Virus record (IMG/VR): IMGVR_UViG_3300027728_000568
Direction: 5' to 3' (one strand)
Source: an uncultured virus (IMG/VR IMGVR_UViG_3300027728_000568)
Taxonomy: Duplodnaviria; Heunggongvirae; Uroviricota; Caudoviricetes
Length of the DNA: 64,000 bases
Position numbers and translations under genes: made by a program. The notes beneath the pieces are model-generated. The model was given only the letters and a program-made list of their open reading frames with translations, did not search any database and was not told the DNA's origin. Shown here piece by piece: positions 18,864 through 27,915 of the stretch (position 1 is its first letter; each line of letters starts with the position of its first letter).

Positions 18864-20066
18864 TTAGTCTGTACCAGTTAGTGCAGTTGGTTTGTTCACT
18901 TGTGCAGGATCAATTTCCACACACTTGATACCTGTGTTGGCATAGCGACGTAGATTAAACATGTGCGGAATCAATGTACGTTCCAGTTCAGAATGCAGTC
19001 CACGAGCACCAGTTTTGTTGACCAGAGTGTGTTCAGCAATAAGATCCAAAGCAGGTTCTGTGAATGTTAACTCCACTCCATCTTCTTTGAACAACCAATG
19101 ATACTGTTCAATGTAGTTGTTCTTGACTTCAGTGAGAATACGGATCAAGTCTGCTTTGCTGAGTTCTTTGAGACTAACCCAATTAGGAAAACGTCCAACA
19201 AACTCTGGAATCATTCCAAACTTTACTAGATCATCAGGAGTGGTCATGGCTAGATCTGCGTCTATGTCTGTCTTTACTTGGGCATTGAATCCAATACTTG
19301 TGCCTTGCACACGGTTCTTTACAATGCCGTCTAGTCCTACAAATGCTCCACCTGCAATAAACAAGATATTCTTGGTGTCAATTTCAATCATTTCCCCACC
19401 AGGATGTTTCCGCCCGCCCGCAGCACTCACGCGACAGATAGTACCTTCGACCATCTTTAACAAGGCCTGCTGTACACCTTCGCCGGACACATCTCGTGTG
19501 ATGCTGGTGCTTTCACCTTTGCGCGAAATTTTATCAATTTCATCCACAAACACAATACCTTTCTGTGTTTTGGCTATATCATTTCCTGATGCTGCGTACA
19601 GTCTGCTGATCAAACTCTCTACATCGTCACCAACATAACCTGCTTCTGTAATACTTGTGGCATCTGCAATAGCAAACGGTACATCAAGATATCGTGCTAC
19701 ACTTTTGGCCAGCAGGGTCTTGCCCGAGCCAGTGGGACCTAACATCAAGATGTTGGCTTTGTCTAGTTCTGGCTGTGTTGTGGTTTTATTGATGCGTTTG
19801 TAATGATTTACAATGGCCACCGCCAACATGATTTTGGCAGCATTTTGTCCAATCACGTATTGGTCTAGATAATTCTTTAACGCAACAGGATCCATCTTGT
19901 CAGATGGTTGTGCCGGTGCCGCGGGCGCTTCTTCATCAGTGAGTAGATCTTGACAAAAATCCACACACTCGTTGCAGATACCTGCGTATTCCCCAACAAT
20001 TAGTTTTTTCACTGAATCTTTGTTTTTGCCGCAAAAGCTGCAAGATGTATGTGTTTCTTTGGTCAT
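18864..20066 (-). CDS. clpX: Clp protease ATP-binding subunit ClpX
   Basis: C4 zinc domain, [39 protein letters not shown] loop, GARGL. Confidence 0.97.
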   Translation of the reverse strand: MTKETHTSCSFCGKNKDSVKKLIVGEYAGICNECVDFCQDLLTDEEAPAAPAQPSDKMDPVALKNYLDQYVIGQNAAKIMLAVAIVNHYKRINKTTTQPELDKANILMLGPTGSGKTLLAKSVARYLDVPFAIADATSITEAGYVGDDVESLISRLYAASGNDIAKTQKGIVFVDEIDKISRKGESTSITRDVSGEGVQQALLKMVEGTICRVSAAGGRKHPGGEMIEIDTKNILFIAGGAFVGLDGIVKNRVQGTSIGFNAQVKTDIDADLAMTTPDDLVKFGMIPEFVGRFPNWVSLKELSKADLIRILTEVKNNYIEQYHWLFKEDGVELTFTEPALDLIAEHTLVNKTGARGLHSELERTLIPHMFNLRRYANTGIKCVEIDPAQVNKPTALTGTD

Positions 20067-21502
20067 TTGGTTTGTGTTATGCGTTGTTCAATTTGGTCAC
20101 GTTCACTGTCACTGAGCTGATCGGGATCATATAGTCCTTGTTCAATTTGTTTAATCAGATGATCAATGTAAGCTGTATCGTAAGTGTAGTTATTTTGCTG
20201 AGTGGTGTCAATTCCGATCCACGCAGATCCATTATGTTTATATAGCCTATGTGGAATGCCAGAGGTGGATATAAATGTATCACCTTTGTTTCCTTTATCA
20301 GGCAATACTGAACCAAAACCTGACTCAGGAACTTTGGGCAAATATTTCATCCAAGGCAGTTGATCTATTACGCCGACTTCTAGCAAACGTCGATGGCGTT
20401 TTAATGTGTCATTGGGATTATCCGCTTTCCATTGTTCCTTGGCATTTTTAAGGTCAACGCTGTCGTTTTCATCATGGTCTTCATCAACTTGTGTTGTGGG
20501 CAGAATAACTTTGATCTGCACGGGTTCTTGATCATCCAAAAACGGACCGTCAAGTACATCACACGCTCGGTTGGGGCAGAATGGCCCAATACCTGGGGCA
20601 TGTACCATTGGCGTACCACATTTATAACAAGGGTCTAGTGTTGGATCACTAGCTTGGTGTTTTTGGATATCAACTGGTGATGTATCAGCAACTGTGGTGG
20701 GCCAAGATGTTTTGGGTATTTCTTCATCAATTTCTGTTGCTGTTGGTTTGCGAGCCCACTTGAGACTTTCTGTAGCAGCCAACAACATCATAATGGCCAA
20801 TGGATCAAACACACAAACTAGTAGTATGATCACCCAACGCACAGAACGTTCTAGTACATTGGTATCTGTATTGTCCCCATAGATCAATGCTGCAATGTAT
20901 TTGATTGGGCCAACTTCGGCTTCGATCTTGCGTACTTCAGCCGATATGGGTGCTCGTTCTTGTCTAAGAGCACTAATTGTTTTCTGTTCGGCTGCAATTT
21001 CAGCCAGTAGTCTAGATCTTTCTTTCGCTTGCGACTTACGGATGGCCACCGCTTTGTCAGCACCCGTTTCTGTTGTCGAGCGTGCCATGCTTTGGTCCAC
21101 CGCCTCATCGAGTTGTTTAAGTGCTTTGCGATTAACATCAATGTTGTCCTGTGATACTTTTATTTTTTCGTCGTAGACTGCAATCTTGGCCTGCACGTCT
21201 CCCGATACCATGCTTTGATCACTGTGTGCCTTGCTCAAGAAACCAAAAATGCCCATGCTGGTGATCAGCATTAACATACACACAGCTGGTACTAGATACA
21301 ATTTCATCAACCAACGGCAGCGTGACCAATATTCGTGTAGCCACAATGTGACCACAACCTTGGCCAGTTCTAGTACAGAACCCATGATCATAATAGGCAC
21401 CAGGGCCGCGGCAAATATGGTAGCAAGACCTGCAATGCTATAATATGCAGCAATGGCGCTGAGGCCTAATGCCACAGCTAAAGTAATAAGACTAAGAAAC
21501 AT
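20063..21502 (-). CDS. Membrane protein with coiled coil and CxxC..C..C motif
   Basis: N-terminal TMs, [10 protein letters not shown], coiled coil, [23 protein letters not shown]. Confidence 0.75.
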   Translation of the reverse strand: MFLSLITLAVALGLSAIAAYYSIAGLATIFAAALVPIMIMGSVLELAKVVVTLWLHEYWSRCRWLMKLYLVPAVCMLMLITSMGIFGFLSKAHSDQSMVSGDVQAKIAVYDEKIKVSQDNIDVNRKALKQLDEAVDQSMARSTTETGADKAVAIRKSQAKERSRLLAEIAAEQKTISALRQERAPISAEVRKIEAEVGPIKYIAALIYGDNTDTNVLERSVRWVIILLVCVFDPLAIMMLLAATESLKWARKPTATEIDEEIPKTSWPTTVADTSPVDIQKHQASDPTLDPCYKCGTPMVHAPGIGPFCPNRACDVLDGPFLDDQEPVQIKVILPTTQVDEDHDENDSVDLKNAKEQWKADNPNDTLKRHRRLLEVGVIDQLPWMKYLPKVPESGFGSVLPDKGNKGDTFISTSGIPHRLYKHNGSAWIGIDTTQQNNYTYDTAYIDHLIKQIEQGLYDPDQLSDSERDQIEQRITQTK

Positions 21503-21506
21503 AAGA

Positions 21507-21836
21507 TTATTTACCGGGTGGTGCTAGCACAGTTACCGCATACTTTATAGCTATCCAAGTGGCAAACTTTTCGTCAGGTACATCGAACCACACACGTTGG
21601 GGTGTGTTAGATTCGGTGGGCCATCTCATACCCTGGCGATCTAGCCGACGTTTAGCACCTGATTGGCCACGCCAGCCACGAATACCAAATTCACGATTGG
21701 CTTCTGCAATGATTTTGTACCAAACTTCGGTACTGCCAATCTCTACCCAAATACGGTGCATGGGTTGGGGCGTTACTTTAAGCGAATTGAATGATTCAGA
21801 CATGCTCGACGCAGAGATCTCAACTTCAACAGACAT
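21507..21836 (-). CDS. Hypothetical protein
   Basis: AAAGGA RBS; first ORF after the structured leader. Confidence 0.7.
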   Translation of the reverse strand: MSVEVEISASSMSESFNSLKVTPQPMHRIWVEIGSTEVWYKIIAEANREFGIRGWRGQSGAKRRLDRQGMRWPTESNTPQRVWFDVPDEKFATWIAIKYAVTVLAPPGK

Positions 21837-21844
21837 TTACATAT

Positions 21845-22022
21845 CCTTTCCAGATTATTCCTCTTGGCATACTCCCAGGGTACCAGCCTGGTTTTGATCG
21901 TTCGATCGAGGTCTTAGTCGCATCCTCAGAGACTTACATCTATTTGCCACGGATATCTACAGGCCCGGGTTATTGAATTACCCTGCAGACACCAATAGAA
22001 AGCTCCACCTCCCTACCCATGC
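21845..22022 (-). ncRNA. Candidate structured ncRNA or 5' leader
   Basis: No long minus-strand ORF; several stems; immediately downstream of a consensus sigma70 promoter. Confidence 0.35.
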
Positions 22023-22028
22023 ATAGTA

Positions 22029-22057
22029 ATTATAGCAAGAACTACGAGTGTTGTCAA
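22029..22057 (-). promoter_or_regulatory. Sigma70 early promoter
   Basis: Perfect TTGACA-N17-TATAAT. Confidence 0.85.
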
Positions 22058-22128
22058 TTTTAACTTGGGTCGCCTTGACCTAAAACGTTGTCGTCTTCAT
22101 CTTCCAATTGTAATGGTCCATGGAACCA

Positions 22129-22407
22129 TCACTCTTGTTCATATGCTACCCAACATTTATTTCTGTGATCCCAATGTCGATTATCGTGTACGCCAATATG
22201 GAATTCCCAACCTAGCAATCCCAATTCAAGTCCTATGCCAGCATGATCTTGCATAACAGTATATTGAAACTCAAACCTAAACAAGTTTTCAGTTTTGAGT
22301 ATTTCAATTTCCCATGATTTGTTTTTGGTAATTGAGCCTGCATTGTTCCATACATTTTCAAAACGGTCAAACCAAGGACTGCGGAGATTGAAATTCAAAT
22401 AGATCAT
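22129..22407 (-). CDS. Hypothetical protein
   Basis: ATGA overlap with the upstream ORF. Confidence 0.65.
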   Translation of the reverse strand: MIYLNFNLRSPWFDRFENVWNNAGSITKNKSWEIEILKTENLFRFEFQYTVMQDHAGIGLELGLLGWEFHIGVHDNRHWDHRNKCWVAYEQE

Positions 22408-22622
22408 ACTACGTGACCAAGCACTTGATAAATCAACTGATCTAATTCTTCTTGATAGTTATTGTTGCCCTGTCTCCGCTTTAACCAAATTGCAGTTAAC
22501 AATTCTTTGGCATCAAAACTAGCGTCAGCTGGCAGTTTCCCGCGAGACTCTAGTTCGTCAAGTAAGTCATCTGTGTCGAATTCCGAGATATCAATATCAA
22601 CATCAACTGTTATGTATGTCAT
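22404..22622 (-). CDS. Small acidic hypothetical protein
   Basis: GGAG RBS; ATGA overlap with the ligase stop. Confidence 0.7.
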   Translation of the reverse strand: MTYITVDVDIDISEFDTDDLLDELESRGKLPADASFDAKELLTAIWLKRRQGNNNYQEELDQLIYQVLGHVV

Positions 22623-24007
22623 AGTTTCTCTCCAGGTTCAAATCCACGGAATCGTTTGTGACGAGGAAATCTCAAGCTGTATGATCCGTCTTGGTTTTGC
22701 GTAACTGCGTCAGCTTCGACTTCGCCAATGACACCAAGTAGACGATCTCGGGCAGTCCAAAAATCATCACGATCTTTATCGCTATAGCCAGTACCAACAT
22801 TAACACGAATATTTCGCTCATTATCAACTCCTTCGTAAATTATAGCACCAAGTCGGCCAGCATTGCGACCAGTCCCTTCCTCAAAGCCCACAATATTAAG
22901 ATCCACTGTAATTGTGGGCTTCCATTTCATCCAAAAGCTGGATCGTTTGCATTCGTAAGGCGCAGACAGATCTTTGATCATGATGCCTTCAAATCCATCC
23001 TTTACTGCATCCTGAGCATAACGATTCATAATGTCATGGCCCTCGGCAGTGTCCAGATCTACATCAATGCCCGACATAATGCGCAAACAGTCTGTGGCCA
23101 TTAGTCGATCTCGACTGCTTTCCAACCATTCAAGACGCCGTGCTTGTCTGGCATTACAATGCCCTTCCATAAACTCATCCAGCGGCATGGCATCAAAGAT
23201 GTGATATACCATGTCTGAAGTTTCTGCATTGCTCTTGCGATGTGCTTGGCGCATGAGCTTTTGGAAACTCTCGCCTACTACTTCACCATCAAGAATAAAA
23301 CTACCTTTGATTGGAGAGTGTGCCAGTAGTGCGGCTCGAGATTCCATCACAGCATCGGCAATCTGTGGAAAATTTGCAAACTCTTTACCGTTACGGCTGT
23401 ACAATGTGCAACCATTTGCATTGACCACAGCAATGACTCGTACACCATCCAGCTTGACTTCCAGGCGTTTGATGCCTTTCATCTTGGCTGGACGATCTGT
23501 AGAGTCTTGTGCCAGTTGGCAGGAGAACACAGGAATACGATATTGTGTTCTACCCAGTACCTTGTTTAGTGTTTTTTCACTGATACCACACCGTAGATCT
23601 TTGCGAATTACTGGAGCACAGATTGTGTTCCATTCTTCACTATCAAATTCTTCACTCACACGAAGCATGAAGTCACGAGCTGCATGTCCGGTGCTAGAGC
23701 GTGTGCGTAGACTTTCAAGCAAGGCCCAAAACATTGGCCAAGGGTTGTCACGTCCAACAAGTCCTTGGGTTTCGGGCACTTGTTTGACATGAAAAGTATA
23801 AAAAGGATTGTATGCTTGATAGCAATTGAACAAAAAAGACTGAGCGTCGGCACTGCCCAATTTTGCAGCCATCAAGGCTTTTTCAATCACTTTTTCTTTG
23901 TGAATGCGACTGTCCGAACTGTTGAGATCTTTTATCCAACCCGAGGACATATATCCTTTGAAACGATCATTGTCAATGGTATATGGTGCAAGTGGTTCAT
24001 ACGTCAT
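22619..24007 (-). CDS. ATP-dependent DNA ligase
   Basis: EVKLDGVR (motif I), SRNGK, LDGE, EGIMIK, WMKWK, SLRFPR. Confidence 0.95.
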   Translation of the reverse strand: MTYEPLAPYTIDNDRFKGYMSSGWIKDLNSSDSRIHKEKVIEKALMAAKLGSADAQSFLFNCYQAYNPFYTFHVKQVPETQGLVGRDNPWPMFWALLESLRTRSSTGHAARDFMLRVSEEFDSEEWNTICAPVIRKDLRCGISEKTLNKVLGRTQYRIPVFSCQLAQDSTDRPAKMKGIKRLEVKLDGVRVIAVVNANGCTLYSRNGKEFANFPQIADAVMESRAALLAHSPIKGSFILDGEVVGESFQKLMRQAHRKSNAETSDMVYHIFDAMPLDEFMEGHCNARQARRLEWLESSRDRLMATDCLRIMSGIDVDLDTAEGHDIMNRYAQDAVKDGFEGIMIKDLSAPYECKRSSFWMKWKPTITVDLNIVGFEEGTGRNAGRLGAIIYEGVDNERNIRVNVGTGYSDKDRDDFWTARDRLLGVIGEVEADAVTQNQDGSYSLRFPRHKRFRGFEPGEKL

Positions 24008-24010
24008 TAT

Positions 24011-24472
24011 TTACTCTGCTTTCTGTTTGGTTAATGCACACACGAATAAGAACTTTTCGTAAGCATCACGCACTGCTGGATTAGAGTATAACACATCTGC
24101 TTCTTGTTGTAAAGCATTCATTCCTGCCTCGGCAACATCGTGTGCGCTAGGTCCTTGTAAAGTGCAGAGTTCATTACCAAACTCTTTTGCTAATTTTTTC
24201 CAGGCTCGTTCTTGTCTCGGTGTTATTGGCTTTTGTATTGGTCGAAGCTCACTGGCCATAAGCATGGCTCTAATCATGACATCTTTTGCCACCCGCCCAG
24301 CGGCAATTAGCGCGGCATAATTAGGTTCCACGTCATACCTACAGGATTTACCCCCGGGGTATACGCAGATAAGGTGACTACCTTTATGGAAACTATCCAA
24401 AAGATCGCTATCATACTCAGCCACAGGCCGATACCGCCGTCCAATTTTTTCATAATATATTTTCTTTACCAT
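24011..24472 (-). CDS. Hypothetical protein
   Basis: 153-aa ORF in the early-gene string. Confidence 0.7.
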   Translation of the reverse strand: MVKKIYYEKIGRRYRPVAEYDSDLLDSFHKGSHLICVYPGGKSCRYDVEPNYAALIAAGRVAKDVMIRAMLMASELRPIQKPITPRQERAWKKLAKEFGNELCTLQGPSAHDVAEAGMNALQQEADVLYSNPAVRDAYEKFLFVCALTKQKAE

Positions 24473-24843
24473 GAGCTATTGTAAAACACTTTTAGTCCCA
24501 GAAACAATTCGGCCTTGGCGTTACGAACAAATGCAAGATCCTGCTCTTGATAATGGTTGTCACTATTATCACCAAAGAAGAATCCTCTAGTAGCAGGTAA
24601 CCGCTTATTTACAATATCCTGCTCAAGTTCTTCAAGATCATCCCAGGTGAGTTCTAGTTCGGTGCCATTAAATTGATCTCCAGGATGGCCGTTTGGACGG
24701 CCTTTGTTTTCCCATAACTGTTGCATCCAACCATGCAGATTAGGATGCTTGCGCCAGTATGCAATTTCACGCTGTACCAATTTACCTGCGTTGGCGCTGG
24801 CATTTGACTGAGTGGCTGCATAAGCATACATATCTAATCCCAT
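24466..24843 (-). CDS. Phage hypothetical protein (MGLDMY...YWRKH type)
   Basis: AAGGA RBS; YWRKHPNLHGW, GFFFG, YNSSW. Confidence 0.75.
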   Translation of the reverse strand: MGLDMYAYAATQSNASANAGKLVQREIAYWRKHPNLHGWMQQLWENKGRPNGHPGDQFNGTELELTWDDLEELEQDIVNKRLPATRGFFFGDNSDNHYQEQDLAFVRNAKAELFLGLKVFYNSSW

Positions 24844-24850
24844 ATTTTCC

Positions 24851-25204
24851 TTATGTGTTGACTAAGTTTGGCACTTTGCCATCTTTGAGTGTGCGTAGTA
24901 GAATACGATTACGCTCATCTTGCTCTTTGCGTTCACGCTTTTTGTCATTGTTCCGATCAATGGTCATACGGTCGTATTCTCGTGCCCATAACACACCTTG
25001 CATAAACCTGTCGGCATGTTCCAATGATCCAGCAAATAATATAGCATCACGGCTGTAGATAGGCAATGCGTCTTTATCTTTTGGCACTAATGCCACACGC
25101 TCGCCATACACGTCATCATGCTTGTAAGCAGTAAACCGCATGCCAAGCCCATCCGCTCGTTCTTCTAACTTACGAATTTGTGTAATTGTATTCCAGCCTG
25201 CCAT
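24851..25204 (-). CDS. Hypothetical protein
   Basis: AGGA RBS; 117 aa. Confidence 0.7.
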   Translation of the reverse strand: MAGWNTITQIRKLEERADGLGMRFTAYKHDDVYGERVALVPKDKDALPIYSRDAILFAGSLEHADRFMQGVLWAREYDRMTIDRNNDKKRERKEQDERNRILLRTLKDGKVPNLVNT

Positions 25205-25235
25205 GACAATTCCTATGTTAGCAAATAATCATTGA

Positions 25236-25655
25236 TTATTTGGTGCCATACACCGCCATCATCAGGCTGTCAACTTCGGCTTCTGTCACTACCACTTGAG
25301 CGGCTGCGGCACGAGCCTTGGCTGCTTTGACACGGATAGAATCCATAGTAGGAGCAGTTTTGGCACTCTTCACTACCTTGGCCATTTTGGTCACACGCAC
25401 CTTTACAGTACGAGCAGGTTTGGCTTTGGGAGCCACTTCTGCTTGTAGTGCTTCACGAACTGCATCTGAGGTAGCAAAGCCGCTGGCCAAAAGATGTGCA
25501 ACCGCACTGGCCTTGTCCATAGTAGACGGCAGCGGAACAATGTTCACATCAGTATCTCCCAGCTTGGCCAGCTGTTTGGCACGAGCCTCAGAGTTAGCAA
25601 AACGAACTTTGAGAACACCTTTGAGAACGGAGGTACCAGCGAAAGTGTAAGACAT
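25236..25655 (-). CDS. Basic Ala/Lys-rich early protein
   Basis: AGGAG RBS directly after a sigma70 promoter. Confidence 0.75.
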   Translation of the reverse strand: MSYTFAGTSVLKGVLKVRFANSEARAKQLAKLGDTDVNIVPLPSTMDKASAVAHLLASGFATSDAVREALQAEVAPKAKPARTVKVRVTKMAKVVKSAKTAPTMDSIRVKAAKARAAAAQVVVTEAEVDSLMMAVYGTK

Positions 25656-25683
25656 AAAAACTCCTGAGTTAAATTAAAAATGT

Positions 25684-25712
25684 ATTATAACTGAAAACAC
25701 AATACCGGTCAA
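25684..25712 (-). promoter_or_regulatory. Sigma70 early promoter
   Basis: TTGACC-N17-TATAAT. Confidence 0.85.
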
Positions 25713-26344
25713 CCCCAGGCCAGCCCAAAGTTGCGGGCACATACCGGACCATACCCAACTTGCACAGAACGATCATCTTTCAGACCATGATTGCAGAAAC
25801 TGCAACCACCAGTGAGACGTCCATAGCGTCCTGCGGTAGCAGATGGGTCATCTGCAAACTCTTTTACCAGCTCACACACTTCCTGAGTGGCACTGCGGGT
25901 AGCAAAGAACTCGCCGGTAACATCCACGCGGCCAAAGAACTTGTTGTTGCCAAACGGGCCGCCGTCAGTGATCAGGACCTGACCTGCATATTTGCTGTTG
26001 GTACCTGCACGAAAGAATGCCACTGGCTGCCCTTGTGTGGTTTGCAATTTAACTTTGACACGGCGCAACTTTTTGGCGGCCACATCAAACAGATCTTGAA
26101 TCTTTTGAAAGTTCACTTGGATCTGCGCAACAGGTGCAGGTTGTGTGGCACGTTGCTGCAAAGTATCAACCCAGGTCAGCTGTTTAGGAGACAAGCTACC
26201 ATAACGATAAAAGTTTTGGATCAAACTTGAAGCAAAATTGCCATCGTTTTTACTCAGCTTATCCAGAACAGAACTCAGTGTTTCAACCTGAGTTTGTTGT
26301 ACTGCATTCAGTTGCACAGTCTTGCGAGTTTGATTTGCGAACAT
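25709..26344 (-). CDS. Hypothetical protein with C-terminal zinc-binding (DUF6011-like) motif
   Basis: CSFCNHGLKDDRSVQVGYGPVCA; AAGGAG RBS before MFANQ. Confidence 0.75.
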   Translation of the reverse strand: MFANQTRKTVQLNAVQQTQVETLSSVLDKLSKNDGNFASSLIQNFYRYGSLSPKQLTWVDTLQQRATQPAPVAQIQVNFQKIQDLFDVAAKKLRRVKVKLQTTQGQPVAFFRAGTNSKYAGQVLITDGGPFGNNKFFGRVDVTGEFFATRSATQEVCELVKEFADDPSATAGRYGRLTGGCSFCNHGLKDDRSVQVGYGPVCARNFGLAWG

Positions 26345-26374
26345 AAACACTCCTTTTTGTTGCTCTATGTGTAT

Positions 26375-26403
26375 ATTATAGCAAATTGGGCAATTCTGGT
26401 CAA
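26375..26403 (-). promoter_or_regulatory. Sigma70 early promoter
   Basis: TTGACC-N17-TATAAT. Confidence 0.85.
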
Positions 26404-26445
26404 CCAAAATCTGCTGTAAAAAAGTTAACACTTTGGTATTACTTT

Positions 26446-26895
26446 TTAGTTTACTAGTTTTTTCCTGAACAGTGCGTTGCTCAAGGGCACAAGACCGCCG
26501 GCTACTAATCCATCAACATCATACACAGAGCCCACATACCACACACCATCTCGCATGATGTAGTAATATTCGGCACCGCTGTCGCTCACACGTTGCATGA
26601 AATCTTCAAATGTGTGATCCACTGAAAACTCGCAACCATTTTCCTTACGATCGCGACCGTAGAAAATAGTGATACCTTCTGCAGGACTCTCAAACGAATG
26701 CTCAACACCTTCGGGGATTTCAATGTTTTGACACAGGCTTGACACATCTCCTAGGGCCACCAAATGATTGGCCTTGGCACTGTCATAGTGTTCAAGCAGA
26801 GTGGCGCCAACCCTGCTGAGATAGCCATCCCAGTGAATGTAAATGCTCTTGCACTTGTCACCGTGCATGACACCAACGCGACTACGAGTTCCCAT
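26446..26895 (-). CDS. Phage hypothetical protein (MGTRS...HWDGY type)
   Basis: IYIHWDGY, LGDVSSL, YGRDR, EYYY motifs. Confidence 0.75.
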   Translation of the reverse strand: MGTRSRVGVMHGDKCKSIYIHWDGYLSRVGATLLEHYDSAKANHLVALGDVSSLCQNIEIPEGVEHSFESPAEGITIFYGRDRKENGCEFSVDHTFEDFMQRVSDSGAEYYYIMRDGVWYVGSVYDVDGLVAGGLVPLSNALFRKKLVN

Positions 26896-26897
26896 GA

Positions 26898-27197
26898 TTA
26901 TTGACCTTTCATAACGTAGGTTGAAAGAACCCATTTAGCACGATTCAGCAGTTGGCGCTGGTCTTCCATTATGTTGGCCAGTTGGTCAGAATCGTAAGGG
27001 CCAAAAAAGACCATTTCTTGTGCATCACTCATCAAGCTCATAGCATACATTGCCGGGCCTGAAAAACGATAGGTCAAACTTTCTTCTACGCACTCACGCA
27101 TCTGGTCCACGGTAGTACCATACATGCGAATTTCACGACGGTCTGATTCAGTCATGTCGCGCATGTAGCGGCCTTGGAGGTCAAGCAGTACACTCAT
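26898..27197 (-). CDS. Hypothetical early protein
   Basis: AAGGAG RBS after a sigma70 promoter. Confidence 0.7.
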   Translation of the reverse strand: MSVLLDLQGRYMRDMTESDRREIRMYGTTVDQMRECVEESLTYRFSGPAMYAMSLMSDAQEMVFFGPYDSDQLANIMEDQRQLLNRAKWVLSTYVMKGQ

Positions 27198-27226
27198 TCG
27201 GGCTCCTTTTTGTTAAACTATGCTAT

Positions 27227-27255
27227 ATTATAGCAAAATGGGAATTTTGGGTCAA
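27227..27255 (-). promoter_or_regulatory. Sigma70 early promoter
   Basis: TTGACC-N17-TATAAT. Confidence 0.85.
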
Positions 27256-27485
27256 CCAAAAGCTCGGATCATACCCGAAATACCAATGGCTATGCTTACA
27301 AGATTAACGGTGATCTGTGGCTTATTTCCCACACGCCATGCCCAGAGAAAAAACATCACAGTGCCCAGCAGGAATGTAATGATGTTGTAAGGATACGCCG
27401 CAGGGCCCACAGCGTTGAGACTGTGACCTGCAATGATTAGGACAGCGCCCGACCATTGCAAAATTTCGTTGATGTCTAGTTTCAT
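27252..27485 (-). CDS. Small membrane protein, probably leaderless
   Basis: Three hydrophobic segments; ATG 6 nt after TATAAT. Confidence 0.7.
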   Translation of the reverse strand: MKLDINEILQWSGAVLIIAGHSLNAVGPAAYPYNIITFLLGTVMFFLWAWRVGNKPQITVNLVSIAIGISGMIRAFG

Positions 27486-27491
27486 GTGTAT

Positions 27492-27520
27492 ATTATAGCC
27501 GATCTTGCAATTCTGGTCAA
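27492..27520 (-). promoter_or_regulatory. Sigma70 early promoter
   Basis: TTGACC-N17-TATAAT. Confidence 0.85.
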
Positions 27521-27528
27521 CCAAAATT

Positions 27529-27759
27529 TTAAAGGAATTGAACAGTTTGACGGATAGTGCGATTCAACCGGATTATCTTGCTCATGATTTCCTGAAGTTG
27601 CTTCTGCAAAATGGGTTCAGCTTCGCGGGGTACAGCGTTCATGACTGATTGTAAACGCATAGCGTTAGCAACCAACTCTTGCTTCTTAGTCATTTTCTTG
27701 ACCATGTCAGCATCTACTAGAGCTTGGCGCCCACCTACTAACATCTGTACTTTTTGCAT
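27529..27759 (-). CDS. Hypothetical early protein
   Basis: AAGGAG RBS after a sigma70 promoter. Confidence 0.7.
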   Translation of the reverse strand: MQKVQMLVGGRQALVDADMVKKMTKKQELVANAMRLQSVMNAVPREAEPILQKQLQEIMSKIIRLNRTIRQTVQFL

Positions 27760-27788
27760 GTCAACTCCTTGTTGCTGTTTATGTGTAT

Positions 27789-27817
27789 ATTATAGCCGAT
27801 TAAACGATTCCGGTCAA
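27789..27817 (-). promoter_or_regulatory. Sigma70 early promoter
   Basis: TTGACC-N17-TATAAT. Confidence 0.85.
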
Positions 27818-27843
27818 CCAAAATTTCTGTGAGATTTCACAAC

Positions 27844-27871
27844 AAAAAACCCTGCGCAGGGCAGGGTTTTT
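27844..27871. terminator. Intrinsic (bidirectional-type) terminator after the porin gene
   Basis: AAAAAA-CCCTGC-GCAGG-GCAGGG-TTTTT. Confidence 0.8.
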
Positions 27872-27915
27872 GTGGTTATTTTACAACAATTTGTTGTAAA
27901 TTTAAGTTGACACAA

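Noticed and set aside
19117..19638. 173-aa plus-strand ORF
   Set aside because: Antisense shadow of clpX
21890..21935. Hammerhead ribozyme (CUGAGGA seen on the minus strand)
   Set aside because: No correctly placed GAAA and stem III; kept only as an unclassified structured RNA candidate
23211..23792. 193-aa plus-strand ORF
   Set aside because: Antisense shadow of DNA ligase, no RBS or motifs
25684..27817. Repeated motifs as a CRISPR array
   Set aside because: Spaced 265-850 bp apart with variable interiors; they are sigma70 promoters
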